From Lytechinus pictus (Eukaryota): a DNA stretch of 64,000 bases. Under the pieces are notes generated by a model, which did not search any database, had not been told where the DNA came from, and saw only the letters and a program-made list of their open reading frames with translations. Numbering within the stretch: the first letter of the stretch is position 1; every line of letters begins with the position of its first letter. The stretch covers positions 33,854,001 to 33,918,000 of the forward strand of contig NC_087251.1 of the NCBI RefSeq assembly GCF_037042905.1. Direction: 5' to 3'. The translations under genes and the position numbers were made by a program. Shown piece by piece: positions 52,099 through 64,000 of the stretch.

Positions 52099-52257
52099 GT
52101 TACGGGCATGTGTCACCGCTGACAGTCAAAGGTCAACTCTTCTGTCTATTTTTTGCTCTGTTTGGTATTCCTTTTACGTTCTTCTTTCTCGGTACAATCA
52201 CCTACGCCGTCAGCAAACCTTCGCAGATACTCCTTGACTTCCTAACTGAAAAATTCG
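52099..52257 (+). CDS. K2P channel coding exon 2: (G)YGHVSPLTVKGQLFCLFFALFGIPFT (M2)
   Basis: CAG acceptor completes GYG; P.T..G..FC..FA..GIP motif; GTAAG donor. Confidence 0.95.
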
Positions 52258-52619
52258 GTAAGCCTTCTCAACCCACAGTTCTATTTTATTTGGAATTACT
52301 GACATCTGCCACCTTTCCATTTATTGATATTGATTGTTTACTCAATATTTTTTATTCTCATTCTGTAAAGATACATGATCGTGTTTTAAACTATTTGATC
52401 AATAGTGATTTATAATTTGATCAATAAAGTTGGAGAAAAAAATATTTGGTCATTTCATAAAGTTAACTTAACTTGATCCCAGACCTAGCTTTTAACATTC
52501 CATTAACTGAGATAATGACAAACAGTAAGTACATTATAAAATATAAGTTCATTGTTCATCTGAATCTTTAAGTTTGAACTCAATGTCAATGTTGACACAC
52601 ACACACAAACACACACATA

Positions 52620-54026
52620 CAGTGCGTATAAAAAAAAAGAGGAAAAAATTTGAAAAGTATATAATTTTTTTTTCAAATTATGATGTCTATATTTTGGCGT
52701 TAATAGGTGCTCTGAAGTCTTATCTTTCAAATGACATTAAAAGAAATTAGTTTAGTTCATGCTTGAGCGAACACGGAATGTTTTTGTCTGGGGTTAAAAA
52801 GGAGGCTTGCGCCAAAATGGCATAAAATGATGAATATGATTATCGGACTTCTTGCTAATCAGCAGACTTCCTCTTAATCTTTTCATTATCTTTGCCATAA
52901 TTTTCAAATTATGCGGTCAAAATTTATTTTAAAATCTATTTATTTGCTTAAATTGTTCTGTTGTTCTTTCTTTTTTTTATGTTCTCTTTTAGCTTTGAAT
53001 ATTCCTTCTTTAAGAAAAAACAATTTTTTCAACTGAAGTATGGGAGAGCGTGTTTTTTTTCCAAATCCTTTCATTGTGTGCTACAAAGGTATGGTGCCTT
53101 TTGAACAGTGCCATACAGATGGGCGGGGGCTCGGGGCCCCCTTCTCCTCCCGGTACAGGAATAGTTCCAAAATGTTACCAAGTTTTATTTATATAACAGG
53201 TGGTATAATTAAAAAAATCATGACCAAGAAAAAAAGTGGAAAGGAAAGATAGAAAGTAAAATATGATGTTATTTTCTGATTACGGTATGTCAAAATCTGT
53301 TATTGTAATAAGAAAGTGGGAATATTTGTGTGCTCGCTTCGCTCACAACTTTTCAATACATTTCACCCGATCTGCCATATCTAGCTCTTTCAAAATTGAC
53401 TCAATACACCATTAAAAGACATGAATCCCTTCCTGCTTGTCCTGCCCAGCATGTAATTAAACTTGGTCAAGGAATCAATAACCCCTTGAGGAATGGATTC
53501 ATGAGTTTTAAAGGTACCATAACATAATTTGTTTTACATAATAAAAGGATTTGAATAATTACAAGTTTTCCCAATTAATAATGCAAATCTTCTTGCTTGG
53601 GTTGACAGAACTCACAGAAGGTCTTCTTTTCTTACTTATGAAGGAAAATTTAAAGGTAAAAGAAGTTTGAATGAAAAAAAAACAAAATAATTCAAGGAAA
53701 TAAATGAATTTGTAAATAAAATTTGACTGCATAATTTGAAAATTATGGCACAGATAAAGAAAAGTTTAAGAGGAAGTCTGCTGACTAGCAAGAAGTCTGA
53801 TCATCATATTACTCATATTCTGCCATTCTGGCGCAAGCCTCTTTTTGAACCCCCGACAAACTTAAACGTCCCGTGTTCGCTCAAGCATGAAAAACATTTA
53901 TTTTTTTAAAATTGCATTTAAAAGATAAGATTTCAGAGCATCTATTAACATCAAAATATAAATATAATAATTTGAAACATTTTTTATAGACTTTTCAAAA
54001 CTGTCCCGTTTTTTTTATACGCACTG
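52620..54026. mobile_element. Tc1/mariner-type non-autonomous element with ~300-bp imperfect TIRs and TA TSD
   Basis: TA|CAGTGCGTATAAAAAAA ... TTTTTTATACGCACTG|TA; arms share CATGCTTGAGCGAACACGG, GAGGCTTGCGCCA and CAGCAGACTTCCTCTTAA. Confidence 0.88.
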
Positions 54027-54048
54027 TATATATATATATATAAATATT

Positions 54049-54462
54049 GGTTTATTCCAATTCGTCTAATGCCAATTCGTCAAATTGCCAACTCGACTAC
54101 TACCATTTTGTCTATCATCAGTTCGTCTACTCACCACATGGTCTACTTTCATTTAGTCTAATGCCATTCCGTCTAATTACCAGTTGGTCAAATAGCCATT
54201 TAGTCCATATACCATTTGGTGTAAGTAAGCTAAAGTGTTAATTGTGTGAATAAAAAAGATAATGGGTATTAGACCAACTGGTTATTAGACGAAATGGTAA
54301 TAGAAGAAATGGTGATCAGACGAAGTGATGATTGGACCAAATGGTTATTGGACCAAATTGGTTGATAGACGAAATGTTGATGGACGGAATGGCATTAGAC
54401 TAAATGAAGGTAGACCATGTGGTGAGTGGGCGAGTTGGCAGTGGACGAATCGGCAATTTACC
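54049..54462. mobile_element. Palindromic MITE built of ~15-bp degenerate units; related fragments at ~32540-32730 and ~33020-33180
   Basis: GGTTTATTCCAATTCGTCTAATGCCAA... / ...TTGGCAGTGGACGAATCGGCAATTTACC; TCACCACATGGTCTAC.TTCATTTAGTCTAATGCCATTCCGTC mirrored. Confidence 0.8.
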
Positions 54463-55823
54463 AATATGGTCAGGGCCCGGTTACACAAAGCTTAGCAATC
54501 ATCGAAGAAGAATATCTTTACGATTGATTGCATTGACTACAATGTAAAATCAATCGCATGATTAATTGCTTTTATGTTACGGGACCCATATCTCAAAAAA
54601 AAATATTTGTGTGTGTGTGCAAAAGTACATACTTCTGTGAAATGTGTCGAAATGTCTATATAAAATTGATTGAGAAGTTAGGGTGTCCATCTAATGTAAT
54701 TTTCTTTGAACAACTCTAGTTATACACGAGTGTCCCATAAGTTTTTTCCATAGTATTACTTACAGGGATGAAATTATACATGTAGGACTCCAAAGTCTGC
54801 CTGCATAATTATATTAGTTTAAAAAAAAACCGACATGGCCGTAATAATAAGCGTGGTGTAGAAACATATGGCGTTTTCATCAGTTCGTATTAGTTACGCT
54901 TGAAAAACCCATAATATATATACACACATGGGGTACATTCGAGTCAATAATATTTATATTTCCTGAATATGCTTATTTTGCTATGTGAAGGCAGTGGAAT
55001 CTATAAATCCATAGTCGTTCGAATACTATTATGATAAACCCAAAGTAAAATCGAAGGAAGCATTTTTACTGTTTGGATGAGATATGTTACTATATTACAC
55101 GGAAGGAAAATTTCGTATAACTATGCATTTCGTTAGCCAAGTAGTCTTCTGTGCAAACCCTTCAATCGAGTTAAGGCTCTGAATATGCAGCCTATAATGA
55201 TTTGTGTAATGGAGGCCTTTTCGCTCAATCGAAACAGCAAGTTTTATATGTTGTAGTCTGCGTATTTTTTGAATATTTATTTTATTTATTTATTTACCAC
55301 TCGTGGGATGGAACACCCTATCAGCAAATGCTGTTTTTCGTTTTTCGTAGAGACCCACTTGTTGATCAAAGTTTTAATCAGGGTCTGTGTCTGCAGACTA
55401 TGAGCCAAGTGCGTTGTAAAATCGAGTTAATGGAAATATAGGAGCAAAAAAAACAACAAGGGCCACTTCCATTTCAAGCTACATACCATGTTCATACCAA
55501 AAAAAAAAAAAAAAAAAAACGGTATAAAAATTACCAAAATCAGAGAAAAGGCGTTTATTAATCATTTAAAATTGAATATTTCAAGTATCCAGGCAGGGGA
55601 AACTTGACAATGTTAATTTCATTGAATGAGCATGATGTCCACCTTGTAATTAAAATTATTTATGTAAAAAAAGGGTTTATTAAGTTCAGAGCTTCTACAG
55701 AGGGTTTGAATGACTTAGAGCAGTTTTTATTGATTATGCGCTATATGTATGTTATCGTTATTATTATTATTATTTTCATTATCATCATCTTCATCATGCA
55801 CGTAATGCAATATAACTTTACAC

Positions 55824-55826
<3 letters not shown>

Positions 55827-55884
<58 letters not shown>

Positions 55885-55894
55885 TATATTTATA
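55827..55894. repeat. (TA)n microsatellite
   Basis: Read directly. Confidence 0.97.
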
Positions 55895-56995
55895 TGAAAA
55901 AACTTATTTACTTGACTGCAGTAGATATGTAACTACTACAGTCATCTAAATTCCCTGTATTTATCATCATTCTAATCATAACGAGACAGATTTCCCTTGT
56001 GAAACATATCAAAACGTAAAGTTACTGTATTGTTTATTAATTCACCCTTGATTCAATTTTGAAGTTCATTGCATCCGCGAAGACTTTCATATAACTAAAT
56101 ATGACCATTTCCCGTTGTTGAAGGTGAATGGCACATGCCATATCATAAGGGAATAAAGCTGCTCTTGTGACCAGTCAATTGAATTTTACTCAACTGTAGA
56201 CACAGATAAACGAGAAATGCGAATGACTAATACACTCATCAAATGATTTATTGCCCACTTTCACCATCATAAACATAAAATGGGTCATAAAGCAAAGTCA
56301 CTGCAAAGTCATTGTTAATTTATTATAATGGGTTACCCTTTGATAGTCCGCTTCCAGAGTTCTGATTGTATAAAACAATGATTTCCTAGTTATCATCGCA
56401 TCTATGTCAGTGACATTATTAATAATGGCTAAAGCATCCTCTTCTGTTTATTGATCTGGCGGGGACGGGGGTGGGGGCGTTGGAGAGATACTCGAAGGTC
56501 CGACATAAAAATATGAAGTGGAGACTCCTGTTTATTTTGGAGACAATCTTAAATCAAATTAAAAATGACTTTCATGACAATGTGATTGGAGACATGAAGG
56601 AGGGAGGACATGCCCAAAGTGAAGATGTCGCCCATCTTTGGGTTCCAAATCTTTAACTCTCCCTCTTTTTAATGATAATTTTTTGTGATAGCATACTTTT
56701 TGAATATTTTGGCTCCTTATATTCCCATCATATTTGGAGAATCTGTAAACTACCAGTGCAATAATATTTTTCAAACTCAGTTTCAATCAAATTGATATCA
56801 ATTCAACAATACAAAATTTGATTTAACCGTTTTTTCAATTATCGTAGTCATCGCTTCATGAAGATCGTAGCAATAATATATGCACAAGAGAGTATACAAA
56901 GCCAAACAACGTAGAAGGGACTTTAATTTAAACAATGTTTATCAAAACAAATGTTTTGGAAATGTTCTACAGAGCAATAGAAGTTGATCGATATC

Positions 56996-57518
56996 AGGGC
57001 CCCGTCTTATAAAGAGTTGCAATTGATCTGACCAGTCACAATAATTGTTGAAAGGCAGCAACCCAAGCATCTAAAATGAGTTTTATCTGAATATGATCGC
57101 GATAGGCCCCGTCTTACAAAGAGTTATGATTGATCCAATCAATCGTAACTCTATGGAAATCCATCACTGCCATAATTTTTTTCTACAGGAAATATGCACA
57201 ATGTCCTTTGTAAACAAAGAGAAGCACATTGAAATTTCCAGAAAACAATGAATGCATGGATATACATCATAGTTAGAAAATATTTTGAACAAACATGCAT
57301 AATAGATGTTGACGTGCTGGCCGTCCATAGTTGTAATTGATTGGATCAATCGCAATTCTTTGTAAGACGGGCCCATAATGTACATTCATGTATCGTTGCC
57401 TTGACAACTCAGTGTGCTCTTATGTTTTTCCGAGGACACAATGTGCCAATTTTCTGACATTGATGGATTGAACTTGAACTTAATAGGATCAATCAAAACA
57501 CTCTTAAGACGGGGTCCA
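56996..57518. mobile_element. MITE with a same-family MITE nested inside (inner 57104-57375)
   Basis: Outer CAGGGCCCCGTCTTATAAAGAG / CTCTTAAGACGGGGTCCA; inner GGCCCCGTCTTACAAAGAGTT..GATTGATCCAATC / GATTGGATCAATCGCAATTCTTTGTAAGACGGGCCC. Confidence 0.8.
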
Positions 57519-57700
57519 TATCTGTAATATTAATTCTCACCCACCATCTTCATCGGTCCAATCTATGGTTCACCCCCCAAAAAATAAAAATTACAAGTCT
57601 GATTCTATTCAATAATGTTTTATCTATGTACAATGAAAAACTATTTTTGTTTGTTTCATCTCTCGCTTATCCCATTCCTCTCCTCTAAATTTCTCTTCAG

Positions 57701-57955
57701 ATCATAAAGGATCGGGTGCCGGCGTTCGGGTGTGTCATCTTTTCATCCTCTTCGTCCTCATCCTCGCCCTATTCTTCCTCATCCCTGCCGCCATTTTTAC
57801 CACTTTAGAAAAGAGATGGAACTACTTTGAAAGTTTTTACTTCATCTTCGTGTCCCTCACCACCGTGGGCCTGGGCGACTTTGTTCCCGCCACCGCTTTC
57901 CGTGAAGGGAGCGTCTACGAGAGCACACGATCGATCTACTTTATAAGTGTATCAC
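57701..57955 (+). CDS. K2P channel coding exon 3: M3 and pore 2 (WNYFESFYFIFVSLTTVGLGDFVP)
   Basis: Polypyrimidine tract and CAG acceptor, GTAAGT donor, phase consistent. The M4/C-terminal exon was not found and probably lies beyond 64000. Confidence 0.93.
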
Positions 57956-58011
57956 GTAAGTATAGCCGCCCCAATTTTTTCTGTTATAGTAATTTGGTGG
58001 ATTTTTTATTG

Positions 58012-58225
58012 GTATTATCATTAATATAATAATAATAATGTTAATAATAATTGTAATTATCATTATTATCATTGTTATTATTATCATTATTATTATTATC
58101 ATTATTAATAATATAATTGTTATTATTATTAATATTATCATTATTATTATTATCATTGTTATTATCATTATTATCATTATTACTTTTGTTATAGTCATTA
58201 CTTTTATTATGATCAATATTATTGT
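58012..58225. repeat. (ATT/ATC)n low-complexity tract
   Basis: Read directly; explains the poly-Ile ORFs. Confidence 0.95.
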
Positions 58226-59192
58226 ATTATATATTTTCAAAAAAAGATGTATGATTAATGTAGGGCATTTATGATTCAAGGAACATTTTTTTCTGCGTTT
58301 GTGTCTGTAGCGTGGAATAAAGTGTTGTCAAGTTGCATCCTTCCCCTACTAATTAGACTACCTGTATTCTTATGAAATATAATACATGTACTATAAAACA
58401 ACAAGATAGAAACATGATATAAACTTGACTTAGTTGTATTCACTTTCGTGATCATGATTTCCATCTAGAAAAGAAAATGGTAAAACTCAGGTAGTAAGTA
58501 TTTATTACACGGACATATGTATAGAAGATGTTGCAAACTTGCTTTAAAAACAACATTGAACATGGTTAAACTCAGTTTTAACAACGCATTGCTTTATTCA
58601 ATATTCATTCAGTATTCACGTGTTACCATATAGTTCTGAAGAATACGGGGAAGAATACAAAGCCATCTTCAAATTTAACCCTTTGACTATTGAATTATGT
58701 AATTCCTATTGGCTTTGTACAGGGACCACCTGATTCCATAGCCAATGAGTTAAGGTAGCTACTGTAAGTCACTACATCAAACGTCACAGATCTTGAATAA
58801 AGATATTAATAGTGTGTGAATCACCGAGTGATCTGAGCGCATCCCCACAATTCTTAATTAACATCCCACGCAACTTGGCCCATAATAAATTGTTAAATAG
58901 CAAGGACTTTGACATGAAAAATGGGGAGTGGGAGGTAGCAGGTCTTGGTATTACTTTGTAAGTTGTGCCAAATTTGATGTGAAGCCAAATTGGGTATGGT
59001 TACAAAGGGACTCTCACACGTTCAACGCTTTAGAAAGCATACGCCTCCGTGTACATGATAAATCGTTCTAACATTTAATATTTCTTATCGTATTAAGAAT
59101 AATAATCCCAATACTGAAACATTTTTCTTAAATAGACATTCTTGGTTTGAAGAGTTCAATTCGTGTCAGAAAGAATTAATTGTTGCAAGCAA

Positions 59193-59325
59193 GGTGCCGT
59201 GGCCGAGTAACCAAGTTGCCTGACGACACCATGGTAGTCCTGGGTTCGATACTCGGCGTGGCCCCTGAGCAAGACTTTTTATCTCCATTGCTGTTTTATC
59301 CCGCATCAAAATGTAAAAGAAAAAT
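59193..59325 (+). mobile_element. Diverged copy of the same SINE family
   Basis: GGTGCCGTGGCCGAGT...GGGTTCGATACTCGGCGTGGCCCCTGAGCAAG...TTTTATCC. Confidence 0.65.
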
Positions 59326-59344
59326 CATTAACGTGTGCATTTGT

Positions 59345-59658
59345 CATGGGCGGAAATCCCAGGGGGACAGGGGGGGGGGGGACGTGTCACCCTACTCAAA
59401 ATAGTAGGGGGGACACAATATCAAACGTTCCCCCTACTATTTCTGGTCTTTTATGATGGTAAGAAATTCATCATTCAAAATCAAAATAAAACATGTATTT
59501 TAGGACTAGATGACCTTACTTTTGGAACCTTTTTTTTTCCAAATTTATTTTCGTCCAAATGACCTGAAATTTGGGGTGATAAACCGTTTTTTTTTTTGCT
59601 TGTCAGAATTTCCAGCCCCTTGTCCCCCCCTACCTTTTGGGAGAGATTTCCGCCCCTG
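59345..59658. mobile_element. hAT-type MITE with a perfect 8-bp TSD
   Basis: GCATTTGT|CATGGGCGGAAATC...GATTTCCGCCCCTG|GCATTTGT. Confidence 0.9.
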
Positions 59659-60838
59659 GCATTTGTTATTTTGTTATTTAACTTACCTTACCCCCCCCCC
59701 ATGAAATGTACCGCATAGCTAATTCTCGTATGTCCTTATTATAAATTCTGCATGACTTTTGACCACGTTTTTAGAAGCAGGTCATAATTCTCTTCAAATT
59801 TTCCATCTCATTATATCTTTTGGTCCAGCCACTGTGTTTGAAGTGCACTTGATATAGCGTTACAATGACGACCACTCATTAGGCTTCAGAACCTATAAGG
59901 GATTACCTATTCTCGTCATTAGGCAATTCATATTGCTGCTCGCCTATAATTATGAAATCATCAGTGTGCTATTTGAAGATTTTATGTCGCTTGGAACTTA
60001 TTTGTGAGAGCGCGACTGTCTAATGCAACAACAACAACAACAACTACTACTACTACTACTACTACTACTGCTACTTCGACTACTACGACTACTACTTCTA
60101 CTACTACTACTACTACTACTTATTCTTTCCCCACGTGCCTTTATACGTAGCTAATCAGTTAAATGTAAAGAGTCCATCTGTTTCAAATCCTTATTCACCA
60201 AAGAGAGGAGACCTTTTCTTAGATTCATAAAATGTAAAATAATTTTCTGTTAAATATAACGCACAACCCATTGTCACCGCTTTAACCCGCACCACTACAC
60301 TACCGCTACTAACCACCTAACGCTGCCACTCATCAGTAGCGAAATGAGCCAAACAAAATTGAGGAGGCCAGAGATTGCGTGTGGAGCAAAGAATCTATAA
60401 AGCTGCGAACGAGCGAAGCGAGTAGGCAACATTTTTTATCATTTTTATATAAAAATCCAATTTGGTTTTAGATTTTGACAAAATATTTATTAAATATGAA
60501 ATTTTCAAATTCAAATTTGCTTTATTTCATTTTCAACAGAACACAGAACAAAATAACATGGTCGTAAATAATTACAATGACATTTGCAAATGAAACTTAT
60601 ACAAACAATATACATTGAGGTAGGATGATATTTTCCCATAAATAAAACAAATTATTATTTAAAAGCAAATTATCATTCACATTATCAAAATATGAGAAAA
60701 TGGAGGGATCCACTAAAAAGCAAATGTTTGTAGTGTGTGGACCCCTATTTAACCCCTTTCATTTCGTCTTAACCATTCCTCCTTCTCTTCTTGGTCGTGA
60801 AAACTTTGAGGGGTCCATCACGCCAAGTCCCCCATCTG

Positions 60839-60896
<58 letters not shown>

Positions 60897-60917
60897 ATAC
60901 CACCACTACTACTACTA

Positions 60918-60962
<45 letters not shown>

Positions 60963-60968
60963 TTACTA
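60839..60968. repeat. (CTA)n microsatellite; a second (CAA)n(CTA)n tract lies at 60026-60120
   Basis: Read directly. Confidence 0.97.
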
Positions 60969-60994
60969 CAACGGCTACATGCTACATCGGAATG

Positions 60995-61280
60995 ACGAAG
61001 CGCTTTACTATATATATTATCACCCCGGTCATCGATTTCTGGCATTCCTGCACACAATGTATACATTTCCTCCACTCCCTGGGGAGCACTCCAAAAAGAG
61101 TTCCAATACTAATTGCTAGGCATACTATAGACTTTCGCATCCTACCGGGTACAAAATTCAAACTGGGTGGAGAGTGGCAAAGAGTGGATTGACGCCTTGC
61201 AAAAGGACGCAAGACCACAGTGGGATTCGAACACACGACGCTTTGTTTTCGAGTCGAGAATCGCTACACCACGACGCTTC
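60995..61280 (-). mobile_element. Degenerate tRNA-derived SINE on the minus strand
   Basis: Plus strand GGGATTCGAACAC equals minus-strand GTGTTCGAATCCC (B box); body with CTCCCTGGGGAG palindrome, also seen at ~3728. Confidence 0.6.
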
Positions 61281-62417
61281 TATATAATTCTTCTTCTACA
61301 AAACTACTACTACTTCTACCATCACCACTACTACTACGATTAATCCTACAACTTCTACTATCTCTGCTTGTACTAAAACAAACATCACCACCACTATACC
61401 ATCACCACCCTAACCATTTTTCCTTGTTTGTTTTGATTGTCGATGTTAACTTGTCACGCCTCTCGGTCTATGGATGTTCCCATGCTGAGATGATAACCCA
61501 TGCATATTCAAAATGAAAAAAAAAGAAGAAAGCGACAGCCACTCATCCGAAAAGGTATACCAAAAATAAAACAGGACAGAACATTCATTTCCTCATCACA
61601 TGATTATAATGCACCTTCACATTTGAACCCGGTGTTTTGAACTGAACACTTTCATTTTAAATAAGACCCATGATATTAGAGGTTTGATATTTTTATCAGT
61701 CATGTGCCATCGAACATTATCACATGTTATTAAGTATCTAATTGACCATTGTTATGCTGGAGATATATGGGTGTAAGCCTTCCCTGAGCTAACCGCATCG
61801 TTGATATTACGGAAATGATAAAAATGTGTCGACTGAAAGACCATTTCATAATCATCCTATATTACCACTACATCTTCAGTAAATCTTGAAATGGGGGGGG
61901 GGGGGTGGCGACGAACAATTTCGTTACCCTCCCCTATACCACTGCACAGCTTTAAGTTCATAAAAAAGCTATATTAATTTCTCCATGTTTGTTTTGAAGA
62001 ACCATGATGGTGAAAGTCTGCTGTTTCTGAATTTAGTATACACAAAACCATCACATCATCATTATCTGCATTGTATTCATAATATAATATAAAACCATGT
62101 GTTGTATTTGGAAATAATATTTGTTGTAATCACATGATGACACTCTAGCCCTGTCATTAAGGTCTTAACCTGACATCGTGATTGATATATAAAAGAAGCG
62201 TTTACCTTTATTTAACAAATAATCGAAAATATAAGGATTGATGTTTAAAAAAATGTGTTTTTCAAATTTACACATGAAATGAATGCATCATAACATATAC
62301 ATATATATATATATATATATAAATGTGATCAATCTTGGCGATGTACGTGTACGGGTCTCCTTCATAATTATATTTGAGATCAATTGTATGGAGAGGGCCG
62401 TAGCAAGGTCAATACCC

Positions 62418-62463
62418 GTCTTCTTCAAGCTTTCGGGCACATGCCCTTCATCAGGATCTAAAC
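62418..62463 (-). ncRNA. Minimal type I hammerhead ribozyme motif (mirror copy)
   Basis: Plus strand reads GTCTTCTTCAAGCTTTCGGGCACATGCCCTTCATCAGGATCTAAAC, the reverse complement of the 62627-62672 motif. Confidence 0.65.
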
Positions 62464-62626
62464 CAATATATAAAATACAAAATATAGGCCTACTAATAAC
62501 AATGGTAAATACAATGCAATACAATATATAATTATAGATTATTATTTTTGGACTATAATTATATATTGTATTGCATTGTATTTACCATTGTTACTAGTAG
62601 GCCTATATTTTGTATTTTATATATTG

Positions 62627-62672
62627 GTTTAGATCCTGATGAAGGGCATGTGCCCGAAAGCTTGAAGAAGAC
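62627..62672 (+). ncRNA. Minimal type I hammerhead ribozyme motif
   Basis: CTGATGA (62636-62642), A, GGGC-ATGT-GCCC stem II, GAAA, palindromic AAGCTT stem III; putative cleavage after U62663; stem I short with a 3x3 internal loop. Confidence 0.65.
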
Positions 62673-62713
62673 GGGTATTGACCTTGCTACGGCCCTCTCC
62701 ATACAATTGATCT

Positions 62714-62749
<36 letters not shown>

Positions 62750-64000
62750 GTGCAAGGGTGTGTGTGTGTGTGTGTGAGAGAGAGTGCTAGAGAGATAGTG
62801 TTTTGTGTCTCTAATGCTTTATAAACAAAAAGTACTGATTGCATAAACTGAGAGGCCCCGTAAATAATGTAAAAGTAATCGTTCACATTTTAGAAACTTA
62901 AGTCAAGTAATTTCATTGCGCTTTGAAAACAGTTAATGAAACAGTATAACAACGTTAAACAACGCACGCACACAGGCCTGTGGATGCATTATAGGTCTAC
63001 AACAGTGAGGTGTATCATGTACATGAATGGAAATCAGAACAGTAAATACAGAATCTATGCGCTATGGGATTAGTGCATCTTGAAAGTGTATTACAAAACC
63101 ATTAAATCTTAATTGGTATAATGGACACGATCTCTCGGGTGTTTACACAGGGCATATATTAGTGCAAGGTATGGCCTTGGTGCCGCTTTCGACCAGTGTC
63201 GTGGTTGTTCCTGTATTTGCCCATCTATTACAACGCTTAGCTAATTACTGCTTTTCTTCATTCATGGAGGTGATTGGATTCCAAGGTCACGTGACGTGAT
63301 TTTTGTAATGGCGTATAGCCCCACATGTTGCTATCTTGATTAGATGACGAAGTGTTACTACATAGGCAATATCTTGTTACTTTACCCTCGGGTTTCATCT
63401 GTTATCCATGTTTTTTCTCATTTGCTGCCTTTCATTTTCTTCCGCCCCCCCAAAAAAAATAATTGCAAAAGAATCATTGGAGCATTTTCTTTCTAGTATC
63501 TCCAATCTTCTGCCTATTGACACTTACAAAAAAATAATGGTGTCTGCCATGATACACTTCAAGTTTTTATGGCGCAGTAATACATACCGGTTACATACCG
63601 CCTACGATGACCGTACAGCGAGTCGAAAACAGCCGTTTGTAACATTTTTGTACCAGCTTCCTGTATGTGGTTCGTATATAAATCCATTAAACGACTGTTT
63701 TCGACTCATAGTGCGTCACATGCAAACAGTACAATAGGGGAAATGTGAAGCCTTTGTAATTTGTGTGTCAATTTTATACATAGACATTGTTGAATGCTGG
63801 ATTGTACTAGGTTAAACATGTATGTAGGCCTATAGCAATTTTCTATCACCACTTGACATCGGAAAGAGTTCTTGAGATTGGCAGAAAAGCGGAATTAATT
63901 CTCAAAGTCAGATAACCTTCCATGGGATATGATTTCTGCTGGTGGTTGGTTTTGCTCCTCTTTTTCAAATCTGTAGAAAAGCGAGACATTCATTAATGCA

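Larger units (their letters stand above)
62369..62721. mobile_element. Inverted pair of Penelope-like pseudo-LTR fragments (169-bp arms, 15-nt spacer) between (TA)n tracts
   Basis: 62369-62537 is the reverse complement of 62553-62721 with one mismatch seen; each arm has a hammerhead motif; (TA)n at ~62301-62320 and ~62718-62746. Confidence 0.75.

Noticed and set aside
57941..61192. Poly-Ile, poly-Thr, poly-Ser and poly-Tyr ORFs
   Set aside because: Simple trinucleotide repeats.
62288..62790. Mirror ORFs ...GLDPDEGHVPESLKKTG...
   Set aside because: A consequence of the palindrome; 'PDEG..PES' is simply the translation of the hammerhead core.

Overview
AT-rich, intron-rich animal genomic DNA. 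The repeat types suggest a marine deuterostome, probably a sea urchin, but this is inference. There are two divergently transcribed genes. (1) A complete 14-exon KCTD3/SHKBP1-family BTB-WD40 gene lies on the minus strand (CDS 31633->4705; my manual splice gives 2094 nt, 697 aa, with consistent phases). (2) The first three coding exons of a two-pore-domain K+ channel (K2P/KCNK; pore motifs TTIGYG and TTVGLG) lie on the plus strand (37867-57955); I did not find the final M4 exon. Introns and intergenic DNA are dense with mobile elements. These include a young non-autonomous Gypsy-type LTR element (ATAC TSD, tRNA-Leu PBS, ~18 x 50-bp hairpin array, decayed RNase H) nested in a TA-flanked MITE in KCTD3 intron 1. 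There is also a 169-bp-arm near-perfect palindrome carrying a Penelope-type minimal hammerhead ribozyme motif on each strand. The rest comprises Helentron-associated-type repeats, a 15-bp-repeat foldback element, many MITEs, tRNA-derived SINEs, LINE 3' fragments and a repeated antisense coding-like module in KCTD3 intron 10. There is no CRISPR, rRNA or convincing functional tRNA gene. All calls were made by eye with no database searches, so repeat boundaries are approximate.
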